A DNA stretch of 59,210 nt from Bacteroidia bacterium (GTDB taxonomy: Bacteria > Bacteroidota > Bacteroidia > NS11-12g > UBA955). The first letter of the stretch is position 1; every line of letters starts with the position of its first letter. Where the stretch lies: positions 1 to 59,210 of the forward strand of contig JBILJV010000005.1 of assembly GCA_044377005.1 (NCBI GenBank), written 5' to 3'. The translations under genes were made by a program, and so were the position numbers. The notes beneath the pieces were generated by a model. The model saw only the letters and a program-made list of their open reading frames with translations. It was not told the DNA's origin and searched no databases. Positions 10,042 through 20,857 of the stretch are shown one piece after another.

Positions 10042-11601
10042 TTATTGATCAATATTAATTCCCAAACTTATAACTATATTGTTTGAACGATTGTTGTTTG
10101 TGATGGTTTGATTGATTTGGTTTGAATTCAAATTCTCTAAAGTATAAGGCACTCTGTAATTGGCACTTTGACTGTTTACATAAGCAAAATCAAGAGAATA
10201 CAAACTGGTTTTAATGCCTACTCCTAATGAATAAACATTGTTTACCAAATCTCTAACATACGGTACGGCATTGTCTTTAAATTGACTTGGATAACGGGCG
10301 TAACCAAATCGAAATCGATACTGTTCATGAATATATTCCCCACCAATTCTTAAATTAACAGCGTTCGACCTTAACAATGTTTTAACAGATTCATTTTGTT
10401 CTAAAAATGGTTCTTCCTTGGGGTCTCTGGGTTCAAGTGCCCCTTGGGTGTAATTAACTGTTTCTAAATCTAAAGACAAAAAACCAACATTTTTATCTAC
10501 CAATGCTAAGCTGTAAACATGTCTTGCAGGGGTTGTAATTCTGTACTTGTAATAAAACTGATTACTAGAAACTCTTGCATTTCTTCGGGGTTCACCAAAT
10601 GGATCAAAGGCGTTAGGGTCAAACACGGTTTGCAAGGTATAATTAAATGAATCTTTTAAATTCAATACTGTTGGAGAGTGATAAGCATACCCCAATCTTA
10701 CTTTTTCATTGACATTGTAATTGATTCCAAACTTAGAATTGAATCCAAGACCTGAGGTAATTATCGTATTGGTAAGCGTTACATTTTTTACATCTCTTTG
10801 AGCAGATGTTTTTAAATCAGTTTCAGTGATACTAAAATTCTCAATAAATCGAACCGATTGAACACCTAAAGACAAGCCAAAAAATAACTTATGTTTATAA
10901 TTTGCTGCTATAGAAGCGTTATAATCATTCATGGCTCCGCGTGTTACTATTGACCCTTTTTGATTGACACGAATAGGTGAGGTTCCATAAGCTGAAATAT
11001 AGTTAGGCGTAAAAAAATTGGTATCAATATCAATCATACTCGTTACATAAGCCAAGTAATACAAGCTTGACTTTGAAAAAAACTGAGGCTCCAAACCATC
11101 TTTACTAGCACTTTCTGCCCAAGATTGAGAAATACTAGTATTGTTATTGGCAGAAAAAAAACTTTTGCTGTGAAAATTATTAAGTCGGTTTACATTAAAA
11201 CCCACTACAAAGTTGACAAAGCCTTCTGGTTTTTTTTTCTCATAACCTTCTGCCGGAATAATAAGAACCAGTCCCGCATTTGGAACATTAAAATTGAATT
11301 TGGTATCTGAAATTGTTTTATCAATATAACTTGCCTTAGTTTTGTTGTTGTAGAAACTAGAACTGATAAAAAAATTATTGGTTCTGAATCGTCCCATGCC
11401 GGCAGGGTTAATTGCAGCACTTGACACATCTGCACCTACAGCACCAAAAGCCCCTCCAACTCCATATGAACGTGCAGTACTTCCTGCTTGTTGCATGGAA
11501 TATCTTATAACATCTTGAATGTTTTGGGCATTCAGCGAATGAAAACACAAACTAAAAAGCACTCCTAAAATAGCTAAAATATCCTTTTTCATCATTCTCA
11601 T
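10042..11601 (-). CDS. OmpP1/FadL-family outer-membrane beta-barrel
   Basis: Signal peptide, then STARSYGVGGAFGAVGADVSSAAINPAG (FadL-type hatch motif) and amphipathic beta-strands. Confidence 0.75.
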   Translation of the reverse strand: MRMMKKDILAILGVLFSLCFHSLNAQNIQDVIRYSMQQAGSTARSYGVGGAFGAVGADVSSAAINPAGMGRFRTNNFFISSSFYNNKTKASYIDKTISDTKFNFNVPNAGLVLIIPAEGYEKKKPEGFVNFVVGFNVNRLNNFHSKSFFSANNNTSISQSWAESASKDGLEPQFFSKSSLYYLAYVTSMIDIDTNFFTPNYISAYGTSPIRVNQKGSIVTRGAMNDYNASIAANYKHKLFFGLSLGVQSVRFIENFSITETDLKTSAQRDVKNVTLTNTIITSGLGFNSKFGINYNVNEKVRLGYAYHSPTVLNLKDSFNYTLQTVFDPNAFDPFGEPRRNARVSSNQFYYKYRITTPARHVYSLALVDKNVGFLSLDLETVNYTQGALEPRDPKEEPFLEQNESVKTLLRSNAVNLRIGGEYIHEQYRFRFGYARYPSQFKDNAVPYVRDLVNNVYSLGVGIKTSLYSLDFAYVNSQSANYRVPYTLENLNSNQINQTITNNNRSNNIVISLGINIDQ

Positions 11602-11602
11602 T

Positions 11603-12538
11603 TTATCTTCTTATACTTCCGCCTCCACTTGATGAACTGCCTGCATTACTTCGGGATGATGAACCTGCGCTACTTCTGCTTGAACTTGGACCATTTGATC
11701 CAGAGCCTATAGACCCTGAACCTGCGGATGAACGACTGTTTCCACTGCTAACTCCTGAATTGTTTTGAAACCATTTTGCTCCACTTGAACTGGAAGGGGA
11801 TTGACCATATTGTGGGGCGTTGGTATGTGAATTTTGAACTGGAATATTATTGGAAGTTCCTGTTCTACGTGAATAGGTGGCAGGTGTTGAGTTTGCTCTT
11901 CGATTAGGTTGATTGTTCCACTGATTATTCCATTGGTTGTGAGGATAATAATTGTTGTAAGGATTAAAGCCAAACTGATTGAACCCGTAATTACAGTATG
12001 GTGAAAAACCAAAATTATTCAAACCACAACCGGTCATTAAGTATGGATTGTAAGTATAAAAAGGTGTGTAACCTGTCATCCAATAGCCACCCCACCCTGC
12101 AGAGTAAAAAGGGTCATTAAAAGGCATATTGTAACCATAGTATGGAGAAAAAGCACTGTTAAATTGATTCATACCAAAAAAACGAGGGTCGTTATAAGCA
12201 AACGAAGCCTGCCATCCTGAAAAAGGATTGTATTGCAATACAGGAACAATGACTGGTGTTTGTCTGTAATAAAAAGAACGATTCATACCAAAATTCCTTA
12301 AGCGGTTTGAATAAGTATTAGTATATGAACCCGCTCTTGAATTTGATTGTACTGCTTGATTTTGCAAACTATTAGCACGTTCTATTTCAAGTTGACTAAC
12401 ATTAGCCGCTCTCTTTCTTAAATCACTAATAGTGAAATAAGCTTCATCCGTTCTACCCACTTCATTAGAAGCCTGTTTAATGGATGTACAACCCGTTAAA
12501 AGCAAAACAAAACCAATTGTCAATAAAATTTGTTTCAT
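11603..12538 (-). CDS. Low-complexity (N/Y/F/G/S-rich) lipoprotein
   Basis: Lipobox LLTGC, aromatic/Asn-rich core and S/G/R-rich tail. Stop is 1 nt from the FadL-like gene start. Confidence 0.75.
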   Translation of the reverse strand: MKQILLTIGFVLLLTGCTSIKQASNEVGRTDEAYFTISDLRKRAANVSQLEIERANSLQNQAVQSNSRAGSYTNTYSNRLRNFGMNRSFYYRQTPVIVPVLQYNPFSGWQASFAYNDPRFFGMNQFNSAFSPYYGYNMPFNDPFYSAGWGGYWMTGYTPFYTYNPYLMTGCGLNNFGFSPYCNYGFNQFGFNPYNNYYPHNQWNNQWNNQPNRRANSTPATYSRRTGTSNNIPVQNSHTNAPQYGQSPSSSSGAKWFQNNSGVSSGNSRSSAGSGSIGSGSNGPSSSRSSAGSSSRSNAGSSSSGGGSIRR

Positions 12539-12578
12539 AAGCGCTGTTTTTTTTGTGGCAAATGGTCACTATAAAAAT

Positions 12579-12586
12579 TACCTTTG
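12579..12586 (+). promoter_or_regulatory. -7 element (TACCTTTG) upstream of proS
   Basis: Exact TAnnTTTG match 38 nt before the ATG, with TTTG at 12552-12555. Confidence 0.6.
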
Positions 12587-12624
12587 CACTTTCAAAGTTA
12601 CAAAAAACATTCCAAAATTAAAAA

Positions 12625-14103
12625 ATGGCATTCGAAAAAATAAAAAGGAGCGAAAACTACAGTGAGTGGTATAACAATTTAGTTAAAAATGCGGATTTAG
12701 CTGAACATTCTGCTGTAAAAGGCTGTATGGTTATTAAACCTTATGGATATGCTATTTGGGAAAAAATGCAGCAACAACTCGACAAAATGTTCAAGGAAAC
12801 GGGACATTCAAATGCTTATTTTCCTTTATTTGTCCCTAAGAGTTTGTTTGAAGCTGAAGAAAAAAATGCAGAAGGTTTTGCAAAAGAATGTGCCGTTGTA
12901 ACACATTATAGGTTAAAAACCGACCCTAACAATCCCGGAAAACTTATCGTTGACCCTGAAGCAAAGCTAACAGAGGAACTGATTGTTCGTCCTACCAGTG
13001 AAGCCATTATATGGAATACTTACAAAGGATGGATAGAATCATACAGAGATTTGCCTATTTTGATTAATCAATGGGCCAATGTGGTAAGATGGGAAATGCG
13101 TACTAGATTGTTTTTAAGAACCGCTGAATTTTTATGGCAAGAAGGTCATACAGCGCATGCTACCAAAGAAGAAGCGATAGCAGAAACGGTTCAAATGTTA
13201 GACGTTTACACAGAATTTGCGGAAACGTTTATGGCAGTTCCGGTTGTAAAAGGTGTAAAAACCCCTAACGAAAGATTTGCAGGTGCCGATGACACCTATT
13301 GCATTGAAGGATTAATGCAAGATGGTAAAGCTTTACAAATGGGCACATCGCACTTTTTGGGACAGAATTTCGCCAAAGCATTTGATGTAAAATACACGAA
13401 TAAAGAAGGTAAACAAGAATTTGTATGGGCAACAAGTTGGGGTGTATCCACACGATTAATGGGTGCTTTAATTATGGCACACAGTGATGACGAGGGCTTG
13501 GTATTACCTCCTAATTTAGCACCAATACAACTTGTTATTGTTCCAATTTTTAGAAGTGATGAAGAAAAAGAATTGGTATTTGCTGAAGCTGAAAAAATCA
13601 AAAAAAGCTTAACACAAATTAATATTTCTGTAAAATTTGACAGTCGCGATACCCACAAACCTGGCTTTAAATTTGCTGAATGGGAACTAAAAGGTGTGCC
13701 ACTAAGAATAGGCATTGGACCAAGAGATGTTGCCAATCAAACATTAGAAATAGCGCGTAGAGACACCAAAACAAAGCAGATTATTAATGCCAATGATTTG
13801 TTAGACACCATTCCGATGTTATTAAATGACATACAAGATTCCATGTATCATAGAGCGTTACAATACAGAAATGAAAATATAACAGAAGTGAATACTTGGG
13901 ATGAGTTTTTAGAGGTATTGAACAGCAAAGCAGGTTTTGTATCGGCGCATTGGGACGGCACATCGGAAACCGAAGAAAAAATCAAAGAATTGAGCAAAGC
14001 TACCATCCGTTGTATTCCATTAAACAACAAACAACAAGAAGGCAAATGCGTATTAACAAGCAATCCTTCATCTCAAAGGGTGCTGTTTGCGAAGGCGTAT
14101 TAG
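12625..14103 (+). CDS. proS: Proline--tRNA ligase (eukaryote/archaeal-like type)
   Basis: [42 protein letters not shown] and C-terminal FAKAY. Confidence 0.97.
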   Translation: MAFEKIKRSENYSEWYNNLVKNADLAEHSAVKGCMVIKPYGYAIWEKMQQQLDKMFKETGHSNAYFPLFVPKSLFEAEEKNAEGFAKECAVVTHYRLKTDPNNPGKLIVDPEAKLTEELIVRPTSEAIIWNTYKGWIESYRDLPILINQWANVVRWEMRTRLFLRTAEFLWQEGHTAHATKEEAIAETVQMLDVYTEFAETFMAVPVVKGVKTPNERFAGADDTYCIEGLMQDGKALQMGTSHFLGQNFAKAFDVKYTNKEGKQEFVWATSWGVSTRLMGALIMAHSDDEGLVLPPNLAPIQLVIVPIFRSDEEKELVFAEAEKIKKSLTQINISVKFDSRDTHKPGFKFAEWELKGVPLRIGIGPRDVANQTLEIARRDTKTKQIINANDLLDTIPMLLNDIQDSMYHRALQYRNENITEVNTWDEFLEVLNSKAGFVSAHWDGTSETEEKIKELSKATIRCIPLNNKQQEGKCVLTSNPSSQRVLFAKAY

Positions 14104-14112
14104 TTAAAGATA

Positions 14113-15861
14113 CTACAAATTCTTCCTTTCCCCTATCTGCTGTCTCCACATGGCGTAATACAGACCTTTTTCGTTCAGTAACTCATCATGCTTTCCATGT
14201 TCTACAATCTGTCCTTGTTCCAAAACATAAATGCGATTGGCGTGCATTATGGTGCTTAATCGGTGGGCTATTAATATGGTAATGCAATTGTGTTCTTCGT
14301 TTATTTTTTTGATGGTTTGAGTAATATCATCCTCAGTTAAACTGTCCAAGGCCGAGGTGGCTTCATCAAATACCAGTAAATCGGGGTCTCTTAATATTGC
14401 ACGCGCTATAGATAATCTTTGCTTTTCGCCACCACTCACTTTCACTCCTCCCTCGCCTATCATTGAATTAATACCATTGTCTGCCCTAGCTAATAAACCT
14501 TGACAACTTGCCTTGTTTAAAGCACTGAGAATATCTTCATCACTTGCTTGAGGATTCACAAATAACATGTTTTCTCGGATAGTCCCCGAGAACAGTTGAG
14601 TGTCTTGGGTTACAAAACCAATTTTTTCTCTGAGTTCATCTAAATTAATTTCTTTGGCATCAATTCCATCATATAGAATGTTACCAATTGCTGGTTGATA
14701 AAGTCCAACTAAAAGTTTAACCAAAGTCGTTTTGCCCGAACCTGAAGGACCAACAAAAGCAATGGTTTCGCCTTTATTTACTCTAAAACTTACATCAGAA
14801 AGGGCATTGTTATTGGCAGATTGGTGTTTGAAAGACACATTCTTAAACTCAAAATAATTTAAATCGCCTAACAAAGCAGGTTTTGCAGGTTTGTAATCAA
14901 TAGGCGTGTCCATCAATCTCTTGAAATTGTCCAAAGAAACTTCGGCTTCTCTGTGTATCAAAATAATATTACCCAATTCCTGCAAAGGATTGAACAAAAA
15001 GAAAGAATAAAAAAGGAATGTAAAATATTGTCCTGGAGAAAGTGTGTTATTGAAAATAAGAAACAACAATACAATAATCATAGTGCTTCTGGTTAATTGA
15101 ACGGTAGTACCTTGCAAAAAATTCAAACTACGGATGTATTTTACTTTTTTAAGTTCTAATCCTAATATTTTGAATGTGGTATTGTTCAACCTTTCAATTT
15201 CTTGATTGGCTAAACCCAAACTTTTAACCAATTCAATATTTCTTAAACTCTCTGTTGTGCTGCCTGCCAAAGCAGTAGTTTCGCCAATGATGTTTTTTTG
15301 CATCACTTTTATTTTTTTACTCAGCAAAGAACTAATTAACCCAATCACAATAATGGCTCCCACATAGACCAACGCTACTTTCAAACTGACACTGATTGTA
15401 AAAATCATTACGAAAACAATGCCGACCACTGAAGTAAATAAAATCCCAATAAAAGCAGTGATTAGTTTTTCTGTATCAATCCTTACTTTTTGAAGAATAC
15501 TTAATGTTTCACCACTTCTTTGATCTTCAAACACTTGGTAGGGCAATTCTAGAGAATGTTTCAAACCATCTGCAAATATTTTAGCACCTAATTTTTGAAC
15601 GATCACATTGGTATAATAATCCTGGAAATTTTTAGCTACTCTTGAAATAAAAGTAACCCCAATAGACATGCCCACCAACATCAAAGCTTTTTTAAGAAAT
15701 TCATCACTGCTTAGTGAGTCTTTTTTCATGATAATTTCATCCACAATTCTACCTGTAATTTGAGGATCGAGCAAAGAAAAGGTTTGGTTGATGGCTGCTA
15801 AAAACAAGGCTAACATTAGGATAGGCCATTGCAGTTTGAGGTATTTGATTAGTATTGACAT
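14113..15861 (-). CDS. ABC exporter, fused TMD-NBD (MsbA/MDR-like)
   Basis: N-terminal TM helices, GPSGSGKT, VSGGEKQR, LVFDEATSALD, AHRL. Confidence 0.92.
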   Translation of the reverse strand: MSILIKYLKLQWPILMLALFLAAINQTFSLLDPQITGRIVDEIIMKKDSLSSDEFLKKALMLVGMSIGVTFISRVAKNFQDYYTNVIVQKLGAKIFADGLKHSLELPYQVFEDQRSGETLSILQKVRIDTEKLITAFIGILFTSVVGIVFVMIFTISVSLKVALVYVGAIIVIGLISSLLSKKIKVMQKNIIGETTALAGSTTESLRNIELVKSLGLANQEIERLNNTTFKILGLELKKVKYIRSLNFLQGTTVQLTRSTMIIVLLFLIFNNTLSPGQYFTFLFYSFFLFNPLQELGNIILIHREAEVSLDNFKRLMDTPIDYKPAKPALLGDLNYFEFKNVSFKHQSANNNALSDVSFRVNKGETIAFVGPSGSGKTTLVKLLVGLYQPAIGNILYDGIDAKEINLDELREKIGFVTQDTQLFSGTIRENMLFVNPQASDEDILSALNKASCQGLLARADNGINSMIGEGGVKVSGGEKQRLSIARAILRDPDLLVFDEATSALDSLTEDDITQTIKKINEEHNCITILIAHRLSTIMHANRIYVLEQGQIVEHGKHDELLNEKGLYYAMWRQQIGERKNL

Positions 15862-15870
15862 GAATGGAGA

Positions 15871-18621
15871 TTAAATAACAACATTTACAATTTTACCTTT
15901 AACAACAATGACTTTTTTGGCATGTTTACCTTCCAAATATTTTAATGTTTGATCATTTAATAATACTTCCGTTTCAATTTCTTTGAGGTCTTTGTCTAAA
16001 GCGAATAACAAATTAAATCTTACTTTTCCATTAAAAGAAATCGGATAGTTAAATTCATTTTCTACTAAAAATTCAGGATTAAATTGTGGCCAATTTGCAT
16101 AAACTATCGATTCGCTATGAGCTGCTTGAAGCCATAATTCCTCACAAATATGTGGCGCATATGGTGAAAGTAAAACAATTAATGGTTCTAAAATTTGTCT
16201 TTTATTGCATTTAAGTTCTTGCAATTCGTTTACACAAACCATAAAAGCACTTACAGAGGTATTAAAACTAAAATTCTCGATATCCTCAGTTGCTTTTTTG
16301 ATGGTTTTGTGCAATATTTTCAATTCTGCTTTACTTGGTTCAATGTCAGAAAGCAAGAAAGATTCATTTTCACCTTGGTGGAAGAGTCGCCACAGTTTAC
16401 GTAAAAACCTTAAAACACCTTCAATCCCTTGCGTACTCCAAGGTTTTGCATCTTGCAAAGGTCCCAAGAACATTTCGTACAATCGTAAAGTGTCGGCACC
16501 GTATTCGTTGCACACATCATCTGGATTGACTACATTATGCCATCTTTTTGACATTTTACCTACTTCAGAACTTGCTAAAAACAATCCATTTTCAAATTCA
16601 AATTCTGCATTTTCGAATTCACTTGGTCTCCATTTTTTTAACCCTTCAATATCAACTTCATTATTTTTAACTAAATTAATATCAATATAGACTGATGAGG
16701 TTTCAAAATTATTTTTCAAACCAACTGAGACAAATTTATTAGAATTATTTACCCTGTGAATTATGCTAGATATACCCTGAATCATCCCTTGGTTCACCAA
16801 TTTTTTAGCGGGTTCATCAAAAGGCACAACACCTATGTCGTGTAAAAACTTTGTCCAGAAACGGAAGTACAACAAATGTCCTGTGGCGTGTTCGCTTCCA
16901 CCCAAATATAAATCAATATTTTGCCAGTAGTCAACCGTCTCTTTAGATACCAAACAGTGTTCATTTTGAGCATCCATGTATCTTAAAAAATACCAAGAAC
17001 TACCTGCCCAACCTGGCATAGTGGTGTTTTCAATTGAGTTGCCATTGTATGACCAATTCTTTGCTCTAGACAAAGGTGGTTCCCCTGTTTCACTAGGTAA
17101 ATACTTGTCAATATCTGGCAAAACCAATGGCAAATCCTTTTCATCAAAGGTTTTCGGAATGCCATTTTCATAATACACGGGAATGGGTTCACCCCAATAT
17201 CTTTGTCGTCCAAAAACCGCATCTCGCAATCTGTAATTGGTTTTTCCTTTTCCAATTCCTTTTTGCTCAATGGTTTTAATAGCCGCTTTTATAGCATCCT
17301 TTACCTCTAATCCATTTAAAAAATCTGAATTGATTATTTTTCCATTTTTGGCTTCATATACTTCAATGAACACATCCCCACCCAAAACCACTTCTAAAAT
17401 TGGCAATCCAAAGTGTTTGGCAAAAGCAAAATCTCTCCCATCGTGAGCAGGAACCGCCATTACCGCACCTGTGCCATAACCTCCTAAAACATAATCCGCT
17501 ATCCAAATTGGAATTTGCTTTCCCGTAAATGGATGATTGACATAAGAACCTGTAAAGGCGCCTGTAATATTTTTTACTTCAGCTTGTCGTTCTCTTTCAC
17601 TTCTGTTTTTTGCTTTCTCTGCATATTGAAGTGCAGTATCTCTAAATTCCCCTATACACAAATCATTAAGTAAATCATGTTCAGGGGCTATTGCCATGTA
17701 TGAAACACCAAAGATAGTGTCAGGTCGAGTGGTAAAGACTTCGAGTGAATTATTTACTTTATCTATTTCAAACACAATCGAACAACCTTCACTTTTTCCT
17801 ATCCAATTCCTTTGCGACTCCTTGATACTTTCTGTCCAATCAATAGTATTTAAACCTTGTAACAATCTTTCGGCATAAGCAGATATGCGCAAACTCCACT
17901 GATACATTAATTTTCTCTCTACCGGATAACCTCCTCTTTCGCTTACCCCATCTTTTATTTCATCATTTGCCAATACTGATCCTAATGCAGGACACCAATT
18001 CACCATGGTTTCACTCAAAAAAGCCAATCTAAATTGCAATAAAATATCCGACTTTCTCTTTTCATCGAATCCTATCCATTCAGCTGATGTAAATTGAAGT
18101 TCATCCGAACGATAACCTTGTTTTTCAAATGTTGATACCAATTCGTAAATTGATTCTGCTTTATCAGATTGAGGATTATACCAAGAATTGAACAATTGAA
18201 TAAAAATCCACTGTGTCCATTTATAATAACTGGGATCGGATGTTCTTATTTCTCTTGACCAATCAAAAGAAAAACCAATTCTATCTAGTTGTTCCTTGTA
18301 TCTTTTTATATTCTCTTCTGTTGTAATGGCAGGGTGTTGACCAGTTTGTATGGCATATTGTTCGGCAGGTAAGCCAAAAGCATCATAACCCATAGGATGT
18401 AAAACATTAAATCCTTTGTTCCTTTTATAACGCGCTACTATATCACTAGCAATGTAACCCAATGGATGTCCAACATGCAAACCTGCACCACTTGGATATG
18501 GGAACATATCTAATACATAATATTTGGGTTTATCACTTGTATTTTCAGCTTTAAACGTCTGATTATTTGCCCATTCTTTTTGCCAATCTTCTTCTATCTT
18601 TTTATGGTCGTATTGTGACAT
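15871..18621 (-). CDS. leuS: Leucine--tRNA ligase
   Basis: MFPYPSGAGLHVGH, GSEHA and KMSKR motifs. Confidence 0.97.
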   Translation of the reverse strand: MSQYDHKKIEEDWQKEWANNQTFKAENTSDKPKYYVLDMFPYPSGAGLHVGHPLGYIASDIVARYKRNKGFNVLHPMGYDAFGLPAEQYAIQTGQHPAITTEENIKRYKEQLDRIGFSFDWSREIRTSDPSYYKWTQWIFIQLFNSWYNPQSDKAESIYELVSTFEKQGYRSDELQFTSAEWIGFDEKRKSDILLQFRLAFLSETMVNWCPALGSVLANDEIKDGVSERGGYPVERKLMYQWSLRISAYAERLLQGLNTIDWTESIKESQRNWIGKSEGCSIVFEIDKVNNSLEVFTTRPDTIFGVSYMAIAPEHDLLNDLCIGEFRDTALQYAEKAKNRSERERQAEVKNITGAFTGSYVNHPFTGKQIPIWIADYVLGGYGTGAVMAVPAHDGRDFAFAKHFGLPILEVVLGGDVFIEVYEAKNGKIINSDFLNGLEVKDAIKAAIKTIEQKGIGKGKTNYRLRDAVFGRQRYWGEPIPVYYENGIPKTFDEKDLPLVLPDIDKYLPSETGEPPLSRAKNWSYNGNSIENTTMPGWAGSSWYFLRYMDAQNEHCLVSKETVDYWQNIDLYLGGSEHATGHLLYFRFWTKFLHDIGVVPFDEPAKKLVNQGMIQGISSIIHRVNNSNKFVSVGLKNNFETSSVYIDINLVKNNEVDIEGLKKWRPSEFENAEFEFENGLFLASSEVGKMSKRWHNVVNPDDVCNEYGADTLRLYEMFLGPLQDAKPWSTQGIEGVLRFLRKLWRLFHQGENESFLLSDIEPSKAELKILHKTIKKATEDIENFSFNTSVSAFMVCVNELQELKCNKRQILEPLIVLLSPYAPHICEELWLQAAHSESIVYANWPQFNPEFLVENEFNYPISFNGKVRFNLLFALDKDLKEIETEVLLNDQTLKYLEGKHAKKVIVVKGKIVNVVI

Positions 18622-18634
18622 AATTAATTAGTGG

Positions 18635-18642
18635 CAAAAGTA
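18635..18642 (-). promoter_or_regulatory. -7 element (TACTTTTG) upstream of leuS
   Basis: Exact TAnnTTTG match 13 nt before the ATG. Confidence 0.55.
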
Positions 18643-18866
18643 CGATTATATTTTATTTTATAAGAACCAAAATAGGTAATTTGAATAGGTTAAATGATAA
18701 AAAAACAGATTGCTTGTTTTTGAAAAATATTCAAATTTAGTCAATATTCAAAAAAAAATCGCATTGCAATAATCACAACAACCCAATAAAATCAACAAAA
18801 AACATAATAATAAGCAGATATTAACAGAATATCAATAAATACTATTTGAATAATTGAATAATCGTT

Positions 18867-18874
18867 TAAATTTG
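18867..18874 (+). promoter_or_regulatory. -7 element (TAAATTTG) upstream of gdhA
   Basis: Exact TAnnTTTG match 25 nt before the ATG. Confidence 0.55.
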
Positions 18875-18899
18875 CATCCCATTATTATTTTCATACAAA

Positions 18900-20162
18900 A
18901 TGAGCCACTCAACAATTGAAAACAAATTGAATCCATTAGATTCAATGATGAAACGCTTCGATGAAGCTGCTAAAATTATTGGTTTAGACGACTCCGTCTA
19001 CAACACCCTAAAATATCCTGCTAAAAGCCTTACCGTTCATTTACCTGTAATGATGGACAATGGCAAGGTTGAAGTTTTTGAAGGTCATCGTGTTCAACAT
19101 AGTACAACTCTTGGCCCAGCAAAAGGTGGCATTCGTTATTCTATGGACGTGGACATTGACGAAGTTAAAGCATTAGCTGCATGGATGACATGGAAAACGG
19201 CTATTGTTGGTGTTCCTTATGGTGGTGGTAAAGGAGGTATTAAATGTGACCCTAAAAAAATGAGCAAAGGTGAATTAGAAAGATTAACCCGTGCTTATGC
19301 TGCCGCTTTAAGTGATTTTATTGGACCAGACAAAGATATTCCTGCCCCAGATATGAATACAGGTGGTCAGGAAATGGCTTGGATTGTTGATGAATACTCG
19401 AAAATTAAAGGTAAATTTACACCTGCTGTTATTACAGGTAAACCTATTTCAATGGGTGGCTCTTTAGGTAGAGTAGAAGCAACCGGCAGAGGTGTTATGG
19501 TTTGTACCCGCTCTGCTATTGCTAAAATGGGATTAAGACCAGACGAATGTACTTGTGTTGTTCAAGGATTTGGAAACGTAGGTTCTATATCTGCAAAACT
19601 AATAGAAATGTTAGGTGTTAAAATTATTGCAATTTCAGATATTACAGGTGGATATTACAATCCAAACGGCATTTCAGTTTCTGATGCAATGAACTACGCC
19701 AACGCAAACGGAAATTTAGAAGGTTTTACTGGTGGTAGTAAAGTTAGTAACTCAGAATTATTAGAATTAGATTGTACAATTTTAGTTCCTGCAGCTATGG
19801 AAGATCAAATTACTGACAAAAATGCTGCAAATATTAAAGCTAAGTTGATTGTTGAAGGTGCAAATGGACCAACAAACGCAAATGCTGATAAAATATTGAA
19901 CGACAAAGGAATTATTGTCGTGCCTGACATTTTAGCTAATGCTGGTGGTGTAACTGTTTCTTATTTCGAATGGGTTCAAAATAAAATGGGCTATTATTGG
20001 ACAGAGGAACGAGTTAACAGAAGAGCTGACAGATTAATGAAAAGTGCTTTTGATACCGTTTTTGAAAATAGCAATAAATTTAACGTAAGTATGAGAACAG
20101 CTGCATATATCGTTGCGATTGAAAAAGTAGCTACCACTCAAAGATTAAGAGGAACATATTAA
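18900..20162 (+). CDS. gdhA: Glu/Leu/Phe/Val dehydrogenase, most likely glutamate dehydrogenase
   Basis: GPAKGGIRY, PYGGGKGG, DIPAPDMNT, QGFGNVG, EGANGPT, ANAGGVTVSYFEW. Confidence 0.9.
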   Translation: MSHSTIENKLNPLDSMMKRFDEAAKIIGLDDSVYNTLKYPAKSLTVHLPVMMDNGKVEVFEGHRVQHSTTLGPAKGGIRYSMDVDIDEVKALAAWMTWKTAIVGVPYGGGKGGIKCDPKKMSKGELERLTRAYAAALSDFIGPDKDIPAPDMNTGGQEMAWIVDEYSKIKGKFTPAVITGKPISMGGSLGRVEATGRGVMVCTRSAIAKMGLRPDECTCVVQGFGNVGSISAKLIEMLGVKIIAISDITGGYYNPNGISVSDAMNYANANGNLEGFTGGSKVSNSELLELDCTILVPAAMEDQITDKNAANIKAKLIVEGANGPTNANADKILNDKGIIVVPDILANAGGVTVSYFEWVQNKMGYYWTEERVNRRADRLMKSAFDTVFENSNKFNVSMRTAAYIVAIEKVATTQRLRGTY

Positions 20163-20163
20163 G

Positions 20164-20817
20164 ATGTTATTTCATAGAGAAGGTTATAAAATCATTTTTT
20201 TCACTATGCTCATTTTGGGTGTAATCAATTTTTTGTCTTATCAATTTATTGGTGAAAACTGGATTAGTAAGTCTATTTTATTCGTATCTCTTGTCTTTTT
20301 TATTCTCATCCTTCAGTTTTTTAGAAATCCTTCGAGAAAAACTATCATCAATGATTCACATGTTATCGCTCCAGCTGATGGCACAGTAGTCGTTATTGAG
20401 GATGTAGAGGAAACAGAATATTTCAAAGACAAAAGAAAACAAGTAAGTATTTTCATGAGTCCCATTAATGTCCATGTTAATAGAAATCCAATTTCTGGTC
20501 TTGTAAAATATGCTAAATACCATCCTGGAAAATATTTGGTTGCTTGGCATCCAAAATCTTCAACAGAAAATGAACGAACCACTGTTGTCATTGCAAATTC
20601 TAAAGCAGAAGTATTGTTTAGACAGATTGCAGGTGCTCTTGCCAAACGTATCGTTTATTACGTAAAAGAAGGCGACCAAGTTCAACAAGGCAATGAAATG
20701 GGATTTATTAAATTTGGCTCTAGAATCGATTTATACCTTCCTTTGACTGCTCAAATCAAAGTTCAATTGCAAGAAAAAACCCGAGGAGGTGAAACCGTTA
20801 TTGCAACTTTGGCTTGA
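20164..20817 (+). CDS. psd: Phosphatidylserine decarboxylase proenzyme (short type)
   Basis: FFRNP, APADG, SIFMSPINVHVNR and GFIKFGSRID cleavage motif. Confidence 0.92.
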   Translation: MLFHREGYKIIFFTMLILGVINFLSYQFIGENWISKSILFVSLVFFILILQFFRNPSRKTIINDSHVIAPADGTVVVIEDVEETEYFKDKRKQVSIFMSPINVHVNRNPISGLVKYAKYHPGKYLVAWHPKSSTENERTTVVIANSKAEVLFRQIAGALAKRIVYYVKEGDQVQQGNEMGFIKFGSRIDLYLPLTAQIKVQLQEKTRGGETVIATLA

Positions 20818-20857
20818 TTTTTGAATAACTTTTATATAAATTTGTAATTACAACATC

